This document shows positions 15,246 to 29,643 of a stretch of DNA of 64,000 nt, one piece after another (position 1 is the first letter of the stretch; the number at the start of each line of letters is the position of its first letter). The translations under genes were made by a program, and so were the position numbers. Below the pieces are notes generated by a model. It searched no databases, was not told the DNA's origin, and worked only from the letters and a program-made list of their open reading frames with translations. The stretch lies in NCBI RefSeq assembly GCF_009914755.1, contig NC_060926.1; one strand, given 5' to 3'. The stretch comes from the human T2T-CHM13v2.0 reference genome, Homo sapiens.

Positions 15246-18200
15246 TAAGAAGGTGGTGGTTAGGGAAATTCTATTAATTTTTTGATAACAGGTTGTAAGT
15301 ATATACAAGTTTATAGCTCATCAAATATTTGTGTATAAAAAAATTTTCAGTACTTCAATTTATTGTATAAAACATGATACTGAGAAGAACTTACAAAAAT
15401 GAGAGGAGACAATTTCTCACAAAAGCTTCTAAGAAAAAATTACTTACAGGGGAAAAACACAGGAGTTGGCATCAATGACCTGGATTACTAGTTTTTCCCT
15501 CTGAGCTGTAAATTTTCCATTTCTAAAACTGAAGCAATTTCTTCTGAATCCCCATAAAGACTAAATGAAACTGGATGAATGAGCATTTGTAAGTTCTAGC
15601 TCCCTATGCAAATTATTTTCTGATCATTGCCACTGGTACTTTCTATCTCTTCCTCAAGAAATTTTACTGGTTATGATTACTTCCGATATTCAAATTAAAT
15701 TTGAGTAAAAATTCTTCCCCTGAGCTTATCACTACTTCTCCCAAAATATTCCAAAGCATCTCCTACTCATTCCAACACTGCATTTCATACGTTCATTTAT
15801 TCACTGCACAAGTACACAACAATTAAAGTTTCGAAAGCATTTTCACGTGATTTTCATTTGACCCTCCTATCAAGCTGGGGATGTGCACGGGAAACACTGT
15901 TTCTTGTTTTAGAGACACGCCCATTTGTAGTTGAAGCATCCGGAGCTGTAGTCTTGCAGCTGGAGAGTGACTCAAGCCACCTGGCTTCCCACCCGCTTGC
16001 CCCACACTGCTGAGCAAGTCTCCATGAGTTGCTCTACATCCAGCTTCACACCCAGAATCACTCGGAAGTCTTGGTGTTCAGAGTACACTCAGACTTCCCT
16101 CCCTCTTTCCAGCATCTGACTTCAGTGACATGACGCATGGGTATGAAAGCTTTTAGCCTCTAGGAAGCTTATGAAGAGCTCTCTGGGCAGCTTCAAAATC
16201 TTCCATATTCAGTATTCAAAGTGATATGGCAAAATAGCACAGGCTGCAAAAACTAACAGCATAAAAAGCCATTCATAATTTAAAAAGGAAATTGTGAAGA
16301 GTTAAATTACTTGATTTTCCCCTCAAAACTTGGCAATGCAGTTCTTCAGGGAGGTGAATAAAGTATGATTTCTTTAAAGAATATGGTCAAATCCCCGTAA
16401 AAACAAAATGTGCATAAATATTCATGACAACAAAATGCTCAATGACTTAATCTACTGCTTACTACTAGAGGTAATAAATCTATTCTGGTTTAATAGTCTC
16501 TACATTTCTTGGTAATATTATTTCGAAAGTTTTAAACAGGTGGTGTGTTTCCCCTTTAGGGTTGTTATTTTGCTTGAGATAATTTTCTACTTAGTATTTT
16601 CAATTAGTAGCTTAAAAAAACGCATTTTAGAAATAGTCTACCATAAAATTCTGAATGTCATCCCCCGCTGAGTTTGCTTCCCTAGTCTATAAAACTAAAG
16701 GACGTTTCCATTTTTAACCGATTTTACCTTCTGAACACTTTTTTAAAAGAATGCTGCAAAGATCACACTTCAAAATACATTTACAACAATTACAAAGGTA
16801 AGATATGAGGGAAAAAAAATCAAGATACAGAACAATGTGCACAGCCTACTTACATCTGTCTAAAAAATAGTTATATAAGTATGTACAGCCATCAACTATC
16901 TCTGGATGGATACAAATGGGAAACACTGACTTATTATTATATACTATTTTCAACACTTGAGTTTTGGGGTCACATGTGTATTTTTTAAAAACGTAAAAAT
17001 GAGTTAATTAGAACAAATACTAGAAGAGAAAATTCTCTCAGACTGACCATTTGCTAACCATCAATGCATAAAATTAAAAGGAAAAATGCAGGCGAGGGAG
17101 GCAGCTCCATGGATCATCTGAGAGAGCTGCTGGGCTCCAGGGGGCCTCTGCTGGCTCAGGACGATGCTGCCCTTCAAGATGCACAGGCTGTGCATGAGAA
17201 ATAAGCCCACAAATTCTATCAATACTTTTATCCAAGGCTAGTAATCTACCTAAGTTAGCATTCCTGCAGCGCATATCCAGGAGGTGGAAAGAGAAAATGT
17301 GAAAAGACTGTGGAATTAGAAACAAGTTGAACTGACAACTGAGTGAAAGCTAAGCTTCACTGGGTGTTATTATGTGCAGGCAACAAATTGAAACCACTTT
17401 GATTTCAATTTCCAAGATGATTCATCTGGAGTTTGTCATATTTAATTCCAAACTCAGCAGTGCTGTTTTATGCAGAGGAAGATGCTGAAAACACTCAAAT
17501 AATGAGCCATTAGGCAGTCAATGAAAAACTCCTATATACTTAAAACATCCAACATCCAACTATCATGTCTACCAGTGTTTCCTTCAAATCCATGAGGGTC
17601 AGAACTCACAACTGCAAACCTGAAGCCTCAAGCTGTCCTGACATGCAGCACTTGACATGACTCCTGAACTCATCTACATACCATCAACAGTCACTGAACA
17701 ACTACAGTGGGCTAGGTCTGGTGATACAGGAAGCAAGAGAATTCCTGTCTTCAAATAAGGTTGCCACACTGAGCGGAGAGAGATGTGTATCGACTGTCAT
17801 CCTAAAATAACTGCTTCCATGGGTGCACACACAAGGAACAGACAGAGATGGAAGGAGGCCAAGTAAGTTTCAGAGGAGGCGCCTCTGAGCTCAGACTTGC
17901 CTGCCCACAGCGGGGAGAAGGAAGAAGTATTTCAGATGGGGAACTGGATCTGCATGTGCACAGAGGCACAACAAAGGATGTTAAATTCAGAGAAATCTAA
18001 GTTCTGAGCAGCCAGAACATAAGCTTCAAAAGAAGCAGTGTCAGGAAGCACGGCTGGAGGGGTAAGGAAGAGCCAGCCAGTTCACTGAGGGTCTTATCTG
18101 TCATATGCAGGATGTTACCTGGTAGACATGGAGTGGCACATGAAAATATCCTGCTGGGAATTACCCGTTAAGTTTGCATGCCACCAAGATCACTCATGTC

Positions 18201-18439
18201 TGAAAAAGACTGACACTGCTTCTCTGGAAACAAAGCTTGAGCGGTCGCTGTCCAAGTAAAAAGCAGGTAAAGCCTGGAATCAGGGGCTTTACATGACAGG
18301 ATGTTACTTTTTACCAGAGTAACCTTGAGGAAGTAACCACACTTCTGAGTTGTATCTTCTATAAAGAAGATTCCTTTTCTGAGAAATGAGGTTGCTCAAA
18401 GGATCAAACAGCAGAATGAACGTGAAAGGTACTTTAAGA

Positions 18440-18622
18440 CAGCTGTTTAGAAAAATCCCACACCGTGTTCTGCTCTGCTCTCACACCACAACAATCACCA
18501 ACACAGAAGATGTCTGTGACCAAAAATGGGGGAAGAGTTTCTCCCCACCAAGTGAGCAATCAGTTTGGGAGCAGACAGGAACTGGTGTCCTCCAATTCAA
18601 TTCCTGGAGACAGCGCCAGATC
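18440..18622. mobile_element. MER21-like LTR fragment
   Basis: caccacaacaatcaccaacacagaaga...ctgtgaccaaa...gtgtcctccaattcaattc...ctggagacagcgccagatc resembles the MER21 family as recalled. Confidence 0.55.
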
Positions 18623-19710
18623 TGATGTCCAAGAACAGAACACATCCAGCTCAGAAGAAAGATGAAAGCCAGAAGGCTCAGCAAGGCAGCTTATCCCACC
18701 TTCTTCCAGTAAGATGAAAAGTATTTACGTTCAAAACAATAGAATACATGCGCTCTGACAGAGGTAAGTACAGGGGAGTACAAAAGCACATGGGGGAGGA
18801 CCCAATCCAGCTTGGAGGACTGGAGAAAGGTTCCTGAGTGAGGTAACACCTGAACCAAGTAGCTAAGCAAAGAAATGGTAGCAAAAAGCATTAAAGGCAG
18901 AGTTTTTGGTATGGCTGCAGCATGGAAGGATGAAGTTGGAAAAACAGAGGCCAATCATGGGATGTGCAGAGCATGCTGGGGCAACGGGAGATCCTGAAGG
19001 ATTTTGGGTGGAGAGGAGGATGTCTACACCTCCATTTTAGAATGACTACTCTGGCAGTTGTTTGGGGGAAAATACAGAAGTAAATAAATGAAGACAAGGT
19101 GATGTTCACGAGGCTGTCGCAGGACGTTTAGGTGAAGAACTATGAAAGACTGAATTAAGGTGAGAACACAAGGTGGAGAGATGGAAACAAATGGAGAGGT
19201 GGTAACTCTCACCCACTCACTGGTGATGTATCTGTCTGTCTGGAAGACATTCAAAAAGGCTTTGCATCTTGATAGGAAAAACATCCTGGATTCTCTCTAA
19301 CTCTTCACTTCTACTTTTAGACCTACAATCGGATGCTTTCCAGAAGTTGCCAAGAAGTCCCTGGAGAACTAGCTGACTCATGCCCATGTGCTATCTCAGG
19401 CTACCAGAGAGCACCTCTTTCCATCTGGAGCAGCTGAAAGGTTAGAAATCCGGTGTTCAGGCATCATCACTGGGCCCCATGTACTGTACTGGCTTCTGTT
19501 CCCACAGGATTAATGCTGCTTCCTCAAGCAATGACTCTGAACAGCGGCTACCCTATGTTGTTGCACCCAGAAAGGGAATGGTGGTGGGTGGCTGGAACTA
19601 TGCCACAGGGTGGGTGGGTAGTGTGACAACCAGGAATTAGAGAACAAGAGATAGCATGAGGGCAGGAGAGCTCCAAGGAACACTTTCAAAGGAAGAGACA
19701 ATTTGATAGA

Positions 19711-20261
19711 TGTGATGGTTAATATTAAGTATCAACTTGATTGGATTGAGGAATGCAAAGTATTGTTCCTGGGTGTGTCTGTGAGGGTGTTGCCAAAGAA
19801 GGTTAACATTTGAGTCAGTGGACTGGGAGAGGCAGACCCACCCTCAATGTGGGTGAGCACTGTCTAATCAGCTGCCAGTGTGCCTAGAATAAAGCAGGCA
19901 GAAGAAGGTGGGAGAAGCCAACTGGCCAAGTCTTCCAGCCTTCATCTTTCTCCCATGCTGGATGCTTCCTGCCCTTGAACATCAGACTCCAAGTTCTTCA
20001 GCTTTTGGACTCTTGGGCTTACACCAGTGGTTTGTTAGTGGCTCTTGGGCTTTCAGCTGCAGACTGGAGACTGCACTGTCGGCTTCCCTTCTTTTGAGGT
20101 TTTGGGACTTGGACTGGCTTCCTTGCTCCTCAGCTTGCAGATTGCCTATTGTGGGAATTCATCATTGTGGGTAGTGTGAGTCAATACTGCTTAATAAACT
20201 CTCCTTCATATATACATATATCCTATTCCTTCTGCCGCTCTAGAAAACCCTGACTAATACA
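19711..20261 (+). mobile_element. Solo ERVL LTR, MLT2A family (551 bp, length fits MLT2A2)
   Basis: tgtgatggttaatatt...cttgattggattga...gagtcagtggactgggagaggcagaccc...ccctgactaataca; TSD ataga/atagg. Confidence 0.9.
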
Positions 20262-20454
20262 ATAGGAAAACAGTGATAGAAATAAGAACGACAGTTAATG
20301 GGCAGAGATGGTGGGTTGATAGAAGCTGGATGGAAGAAACAGAAATCGGGGTAAGAGGGAGAAAGGAATAAAAACCCAGATGTATTCTTTATACCACAAT
20401 GTCAAGCTCTATGTCCTTTAGAGTAGGTACTCTAACGCTGAATTGATAAAAGGG

Positions 20455-20813
20455 TACACAAAATATAAGACCTGGAAATAAAACACACTTTCCACCAAGT
20501 GGAAAGAACTGTAGGAACACAGAAGCAGAAACCAAGATAAACACACCTACTTCGAACCCTTATCCTTCAGTATTTTGCTTTATTTCTTGGCAAGCTTTAG
20601 CTGTGGACACCCCAAATAGGGTTTCCTGCAGAGTGACTGTGGTGTGTGAATTTGGAAAGAGTGGTGGCCAGATACAAAAGGTGGGATGGAATGTAATGGT
20701 TTTCTCCTGACTTATCTGAGTCACAAACAGTACATGCATTAGGACTTTTCATTTTGGTACAAAGTAATTTACTATCAGGGAAAACAAGAAAGATATAAGT
20801 TGTACTACAATTT
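20455..20813 (+). repeat. Copy 1 of an old local ~360-bp direct duplication
   Basis: Colinear with 23663-23818 plus 24290-24488 (shared aaaatataagacctggaaataaaa, aacccttatc, ggacttttcattttggta, cagggaaaaca). Confidence 0.9.
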
Positions 20814-21121
20814 TCCTCCAAGAGAACTACTTTAATTAAAGAAATGAAACTGAAGATTATAGGCCAAAATGTGGCTGTGGAGCCAGCTTTTCAGCTTTCT
20901 TAAAAGCTGTAACTTGTTGTCTGTCCAACATCCATCTTCAGTTCTCTACTTTGCTGCCAGTCTAATCCACATTTACTTAACTGTCTCATATGGATTTAGA
21001 GCAAGCAGCAAGGTCTTGAGGTCCAGCATCATGCCATAGTCATCTTCCAACACCAAGGCTCAGAAGCAGGGTGTGGCACATGAGGGATGCTTAACGACTG
21101 ACAGCTGACTGATGGAGTGGC

Positions 21122-22840
<1,719 letters not shown>

Positions 22841-23662
22841 GTGGCCTTCCAATCTTATGTATTCAGGAAAGGTACAGCATGGGGTAGGCAAACAGTAGGA
22901 CCTTAATAAAGATGATATAGTTGGAATGGAAGAGTGAGATCTAATTTCAGCACCAGCAACCCAGTTCAATGACATCCACTTAGAGACCTCAGTAAAATAT
23001 ATTTTGAGAACTCAACTGACCTTTAGGGGGAAAAAATTCAAGTTTACAATAAGGTACTATGCATTTGGTCAAAGTAAAGCTTCACTGTGTTTCAATGTAC
23101 TTAGAGTTTTAGAGGAAATTATTTGGCACTTGTGTACACACATAGCACTAATGAAAAGGTAAGAGTAAAATACATTTGCCAAATTTCCACTTAATCACTT
23201 CAGTCCCTTAATTTATAATACATATTAATGCATGTTTCTTATTTCACATTAAGCCATACCTGAGATATAAAAAAACAAAATTACTAGAGTATAATAAAGT
23301 TATATAAAATAAGTATCTGTATAAAGCAGCAGTAGCTACCAAAGAACAAAAAACACCATTCCCAAAACAAAGTAACACCTTAGGCAAACTGGTTAAAAGA
23401 ATAAAGCATTCCTGTTTCTTGTCCAAATGCTGACATGAGAATAAAATATGCCCAAAACCAATATACACCCAATAGTGATGGTGTCCTGGGAGAGTCATGT
23501 GTTATGGATGGTCTTTCCACGTGTCTTCTTGTAAATAAACACTGATGAATGAAAGCCTATCTACCACCACAAATGGAAGGTTTTCACATCATCCTAGTTC
23601 TTAGATATGATTTGGAAGGTTGAGGCAGCTAGAACTTTGACAGACACATGAAATTATTTCCT

Positions 23663-24488
23663 TACATAAAATATAAGACCTGGAAATAAAATATGCTTTC
23701 TACCATGTGGAAGAACTATAAGAACATAGAAGAAATCAAGATAAATGCATATTTACTTTTAACCCTTATCTTTCAGTATTCTGCTTTATTTCTTTGCCAG
23801 TTTTAATTGTGGAAATCTTTTTTTTTTTTTTTTGCACTTCATATTAGGATGAACTTTATTATTACATTGTTGTACAATTCATTGGTAAACTTAAAAAAAT
23901 ACAAATACATGATTTGACTGTTGTCCCAGAAAAGAATTTTGTCACATTGCCAGCTGTTTCCTCAGCATCTCCTGCTCCTCTCAGCAATTCTGTATGTAAC
24001 TGCAATAGTTTGTGTGACTTGAGAAAGATGTGCCAAGGGCGTCCTCACAGTGAGAAGGGACCAGGCAGAAATCCTGGGGCCCTCAGCCTCCTTCTGCCTC
24101 CCCTCCCGGGGGATGTGATGACAGGACCCCGAAGCTATGGCTGTGAGAGGTGGGGATCTAAAGGGGACAGTCCCATGAAAGACACATGGGCACACCAGCT
24201 CACTGGGAGCTTTTGCTTCCCAAACAAGATGTGGGCAGCATGACTCCAGCCTCCGGAACCCAACAATGTATCTTTAATTGTGGAAATCTAAAACGGGCTT
24301 TCCTATAGAGTGACTGCATTATCTGAGTTTGGAAAGAGTGATGGCGAGATATGAAAGGTGGGATAGAATTGAACAATTTTCTCCTAACTTAACCCAGTCA
24401 CAGACAGTACATGCTTTGGGACTTTTCATTTTGGTATAAAGTAATTTACTCAGGGAAAACAGGAAAAATTTAAGTTGTATTAGAATTT
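23663..24488 (+). repeat. Copy 2 of the local duplication, interrupted by a retrocopy
   Basis: Homology to copy 1 stops at 23818 and resumes at 24290. Confidence 0.9.
23819..24272 (-). pseudogene. 5'-truncated processed retrocopy (3'-UTR-like, parent gene not recognised)
   Basis: Perfect 17-bp TSD tttaattgtggaaatct (23802-23818 / 24273-24289), poly(A)15 on the minus strand (T 23819-23833), AATAAA on minus at 23860-23855, 21 nt before the tail; body unlike Alu/L1/SVA/LTR. Confidence 0.8.
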
Positions 24489-25269
24489 GTTTGGGGTTGG
24501 GAAAGGAAGAATCCTGCCTCAATAAAATCTGGACCTTGGATTTATGTACACAGTGGATTTTAAAGTCTAATCAATTTAATTATCTACTCTTAAAATGATC
24601 CAATACAAAAATCAGATAATTTCACAATGCCAATAATTAAAACTGGTCTGTCTATACAAGTACTTGGAAGGATTTTTCAGCGGCATCTGTAATACTCTTG
24701 TGTCCACAAAAGAAGGCACATGTAACTTGAGGCCATGTTTACCTGCTTTCACTTGGAAATTAACAATAAAGTTACATAAAAGCTGTCTGAGGTTTTTGGC
24801 AAGTATGAATAATATGTTTCAACATTCTGTCCGTACAACTGACTACTCTCATACCTCTGGCTTAAAAAAAAAAATAAAAGTGCAGTATTGCTCAAAGAAT
24901 TATGTTGCCTACTTTCCTAAGTTAGGCAAAGTCATCTTCCTTTTAGAAAGTAAGTTAAAAAAACAATTCTCCATTTTGCCTTTCCTACTACTTTAGCCAT
25001 TCCTAAGAACTTAGTAAAATTAAGTAAATGAGTAAATTAAGTAAAAGTTAGAGGGAGGAAACAGTATTCACAATAAATATTAAACTCTACTTACTGATAC
25101 CTGGAGAAGCAACTTTGTCGAATACAGGAAAGCCAAGAGCTGCCTGCCACTTGGAATACATTCTGGATACATATGTAATCAGTTCCTCCAAAAATTAAAC
25201 ACGTGTTTTGAGTATTTTAGAAAAGGCTTAACTCTGCTCAATAATAAGCTGGAAATCATGAAGACTCAC

Positions 25270-25407
25270 CCTGTAAAGAGGATGGCACTTGTCCCTGAAA
25301 CATGGGGCCAATCGGGCATAGATCTGGAGGCTATAGTAATACGCTGCCAGCTGGAGAGATAATGCAGAGGGGGACTGCTTTTCAAAGCACCGGTTAGCAT
25401 CTAACAC
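25270..25407 (-). CDS. NBAS: NBAS exon (probably 40), 138 nt, phase 0-0: VLDANRCFEKQSPSALSLQLAAYYYSLQIYARLAPCFRDKCHPLYR
   Basis: Acceptor tgttccctcctAG|GTG, donor AGG|GTGAGT; 46 open codons. Confidence 0.93.
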
Positions 25408-25696
25408 CTAGGAGGGAACATGTTAGAATTAACTCAGCTGAAAGGAAATTATGAAGATCATTATAAACCATTATATTTCTAGTCATTCCTGCAGATTTTT
25501 TGTACAAAGTTCCCATTACATCAACTCAAGCTCAAGATCAACTTAATAATGACTATATTAAAAATCACAAGGCACTATAAAACAAATCCTATGCAGTAAA
25601 AGTAGATGTAAAGATCGACATTTAAGCTAACTGTAGAATTGACTCTCTAGATACTGACCAGGATCCTTTCAGCACCTAAGAAATAAGAGGAGGAAA

Positions 25697-26122
25697 CCCT
25701 TTATTTCCTTCTCCTGCCTAATTGCCCTGGCCAGAACTTCCAACACTATGTTGAATAGGAGTGGTGAGAGAGGGCATCCCTGTCTTGCACCAGTTTTCAA
25801 AGGGAATGCTTCCAGTTTTTGCCCATTCAGTGTGATATTGGCTGTGGGTTTGTCATAGATAGCTCTTATTATTTTGAGATACGTCTCATCAATACCTAAT
25901 TTATTGAGAGTTTTTAGCATGAAGGGTTGTTGAATTTTGTCAAAGATAGCATTGGGAGATATACCTAATGCTAGATGACGAGTTAGTGGGTGCAGCGCAC
26001 CAGCATGGCACATGTATACATATGTAACTAACCTGCACATTGTGCACATGTACCCTAAAACTTAAAGTATAATAATAAATACATAAATAAATAAATAAAT
26101 AAATAAAAGAAAAAAAAGAAAC
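25697..26122 (+). mobile_element. Short young L1 (L1PA2/3-like) with 5' inversion
   Basis: 25697-25945 is antisense ORF2 RT sequence (FDKIQQPFM...EKEIKG); 25945-~26070 is the sense 3' end (gatgacGAGttagtggg, cttaaagtataa), then A-rich tail; TSD core aggaggaaa (25688-25696 / 26123-26131). Confidence 0.9.
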
Positions 26123-26224
26123 AGGAGGAAATGGCATGCAATAAACAATTTTACCGATGAAAATTCACAGCATACATTTTCCATTTAGTCATTTTAAATT
26201 CTTCATTGGTAAGGGCAAACTTAC

Positions 26225-26301
26225 TTGTGGTAAGGCAAGAAGGTAAGCAAGAGCCAAGGTCATGTCATTTGGCAAGGCTTCACTTGCTAGTTGCAAGAGA
26301 A
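26225..26301 (-). CDS. NBAS: NBAS exon (probably 39), 77 nt, phase 1-0: (V)LLQLASEALPNDMTLALAYLLALPQ
   Basis: Acceptor tttctttttctgcattcAG|TT, donor CAA|GTAAGT; phases match both neighbours. Confidence 0.93.
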
Positions 26302-27692
26302 CTGAATGCAGAAAAAGAAACATTATTTTACTGAGGTTGCATATGATATTCATAGTTATTAAATGCCATGTTTTCAGCCCCATAAGATTTCAACAAATAA
26401 TTAGTGGCAGAGACCTTTTAGGAAAGGCTGTTCAGCACCATCTAAAAACAGATCATATGGAACTGTGTTAAATAGTAACCTTGCCTTAATTCAGAAAAAG
26501 TATACTATTGGTTACTTACACATGAGGAAATTCTGTCAGGGCAGCTGCAAAGGTTAAGTGCAAAGACATGAGAGAGGCTGGTTTCCTAGAGCTGGGTATT
26601 TTGGTTTTAAAGATGCAGACCATGCTGCAAAATTGTGTATCAATGTTAGCTAATATGGAGGGTGATAATATGAGTACTAAAGATCAGAGCAATAAAATAG
26701 CTTTAGGAGTGCAAATTTAGAGTAAATCTTTTGATTACTACAATGATGATAATATGATTTTGTTCCTTCCAATAACACCCCTCCTCATCACGCTCCACAA
26801 AAAGAAAATCAGTCTTTCATTTTGCTTGTATGTCTTAAAATATCCCAACCATTAAAAACTTGTCTTTTTCACATAAATTTTTACACAAACCACAACTTGC
26901 CAATGTCATAGCTTTAACATAAGAGTATGCATTGTCAATACGGTCTGTGTTTGTACACAGCTTGTTTCAATAAGGATGTATCCTATTCATTTAGCATCTC
27001 AGTAGCAAATACTAAGTAGTCATATGTAATCACAATATGAATCCTTTATTTTTAAAAAACACAGATGCTCATGATCGGCACTAATGAAGGGGATAGTATA
27101 CGAATAATTCAACGGAAATGATATTTGACTTTGGAAATGCACCACATGATTTTTCCAGAAGATTTACCCTCCCAATTATGTCTTACTTAGACTGACATTT
27201 AAGTTGTTTGTATAATCTCTGTTTAGCTGATAGTCTAGGCACTGGGGATGGTGGGAGGGTGAGAAGGAAACTACAAATGGCTCAAGTGTCAGAGGCTGAC
27301 CTAGAACTCTAAATTTCCTGTGGATGATTCACAGAGAAAACCTACTGTGTCTTCCCCACTGTGTATCTACAAAGGGAACATCAGTTATCCAAATATTTAT
27401 TTCCTACATGTTATCCGAACCTTAGGAACCAAATGGACCACCAGTCAGCCTCAGCTCCTGCAAGGAATCATACAGTTTTAGAGACATTTTCTAATCAAAA
27501 GCTATTTATTTCAAGGTCTACTTCCAAATTTATTCCTTCACTCAACATCAACAAGAACCTTCTTTGAACCAGACATTGCCTTATGAATTAGAATCCTTTC
27601 AAGAATAAAAAGACTCTAAACAAATAATGTAAAATGTAATTCAAAGGGCCCAAATCAAATTTTGTACAAGCTATTACAAGATCAAAGAAGAG

Positions 27693-27895
27693 GTAGCTGG
27701 GCATGGGGGTTCATGCCCGTAATCTCAACACTTGTCTACCCTGCCTCGCCTATTACTTCCCACGAAACCTGGGCCCTCACCCATGCCTTCTCCTGGCTCC
27801 TTCTGCCTCTAAACCACCAGGATGCTTCCCCACCTGGGTGTGTCCTGCCTTCCATTTTTAGGCATCTGTGAATATAAACTTCTTCCTTCGTGACA
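27693..27895 (+). mobile_element. Alu 5' stub joined to an LTR 3'-end fragment (MER39/MER34-like, tentative)
   Basis: gctgggcatgg...gtaatctcaacactt for ~40 nt, then ccctgcctcgcct...ataaacttcttccttcgtgaca. Confidence 0.5.
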
Positions 27896-28104
27896 ATCGT
27901 TTCCATGTCTGTGTGTCTTACCAATACCCAGATAAAACCAAAATCCCAGGCATGTTTTAGAACAACAACTACAACAAAATCTATACATATATAATGAATC
28001 TCTTGCCTACAAAATCCAACAGAATGATACAGCAGGAAGGAAACCATTGTCAGAACCAGAAAGTCCTGGGATCAAAGCTCAGGTCCCCAACTGATTGACT
28101 ACAT

Positions 28105-28370
28105 AATTTTGAGTTCCAGAATTCAGAATGTTTTGGACTTTAGGAGGTTGTGCTATATACATATCATGTATTACATAACACCCTAAGTATGGTGTGGGAA
28201 CACCCAATAATCAAAGACATTAATATATCTGCTGCAAAACATCTGAATACTCATATTAAGTGAGATAAGCAGACTATAAAGTAGCCTCATGTCAGTTTAG
28301 TTCAGGTTTTGATGCCAAACAAATTATAAAAATCTTTCTGGTTTTCAAAGCATTTTGCATTTGGGGTCTG
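28105..28370. mobile_element. MER46C (Tigger-family) DNA transposon
   Basis: gaattcagaat...taatcaaagacattaatat...gactataaa...ggttttcaaagc matches MER46C as recalled. Confidence 0.65.
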
Positions 28371-29322
28371 AAGCAGTAAATAAGGACTAAATGAAGTAAA
28401 GTATGCAAAGTGCAGAGCATCACTCTAGCACACAGAAAGTACCCAGTAGGTTCCCTCCATCCCTCTATAAACCACAGGCTTGAGTAAGCAAATTCTTTTC
28501 TTCAGTTACAACATGTTTTCGTTTCCCACTAAAAATGATTGATAAAAGGTTCTTCCAATAACAACCACAGTGCAACAGAGACAATTATTTCCATTTTAGA
28601 TAAATCATAATTATTAATGAATTAACAATTGCATTTAAGCATAAAGACTAATTTCACCAAGAAGCAAGAACAGACTTAAATAGTCACACTTGATGAGCTG
28701 ACAAACCTCTGTTATCTTATTTCCTGTGGCTTAGCTGCTTCTCAACGAGCACTCAGCAATCATTTGAATTAGTTCCCCCTCACAACCTCTCTACGGAAGA
28801 AGTTAGATGTTTTCCTCAACTTACAAGAGAGGATTCAGAGTCACAGTAACTTTTTTATTTGCCTAGTGCCAACACACAAACAAATCATCTCGGTGTTAGA
28901 AAAGAATTCTCCCCTTGATAACTCTCCACTCTGACAACTTCCACAGTCCCCTTTCTTTTCACTGCTAACCTTACAAATGAGTGGTCTGCCCCACTGCACC
29001 CATTACCTTGACACTCCCTCTTTCCTCAAGTCCCTCCATCCCTGGGTCCCAAGTAATATGACCTCCAAAGGTCACCAAACCCAAGGTCTTTTCTCTCTTC
29101 TTTTTCTCTTAAATCTCACTGTAGCACTAGGCACTGCCAGATAGGCCTGCCTTTGGCTTCAAGGACACTGAGTTCTCCTGCATCTGTTCCTCAGATGATC
29201 CTCCTCTGTGTGCGTCACCAGATCTTCGTCCTTGATTCTTCAATGTGAGTATTCAGTTAGGTCAGTTCTTCACTATCTCTTAATCCCACCTTACATCCTC
29301 ACCTAGAGAATTCAACTACATT

Positions 29323-29643
<321 letters not shown>

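Noticed and set aside
23914-24243. 109-aa and 77-aa ORFs within the retrocopy
   Set aside because: No recognisable protein; the insert looks like 3' UTR.
25669-26049. 126-aa chimeric ORF
   Set aside because: Chance read-through of the L1 inversion junction (antisense 3' UTR plus RT fragment); non-ATG start.
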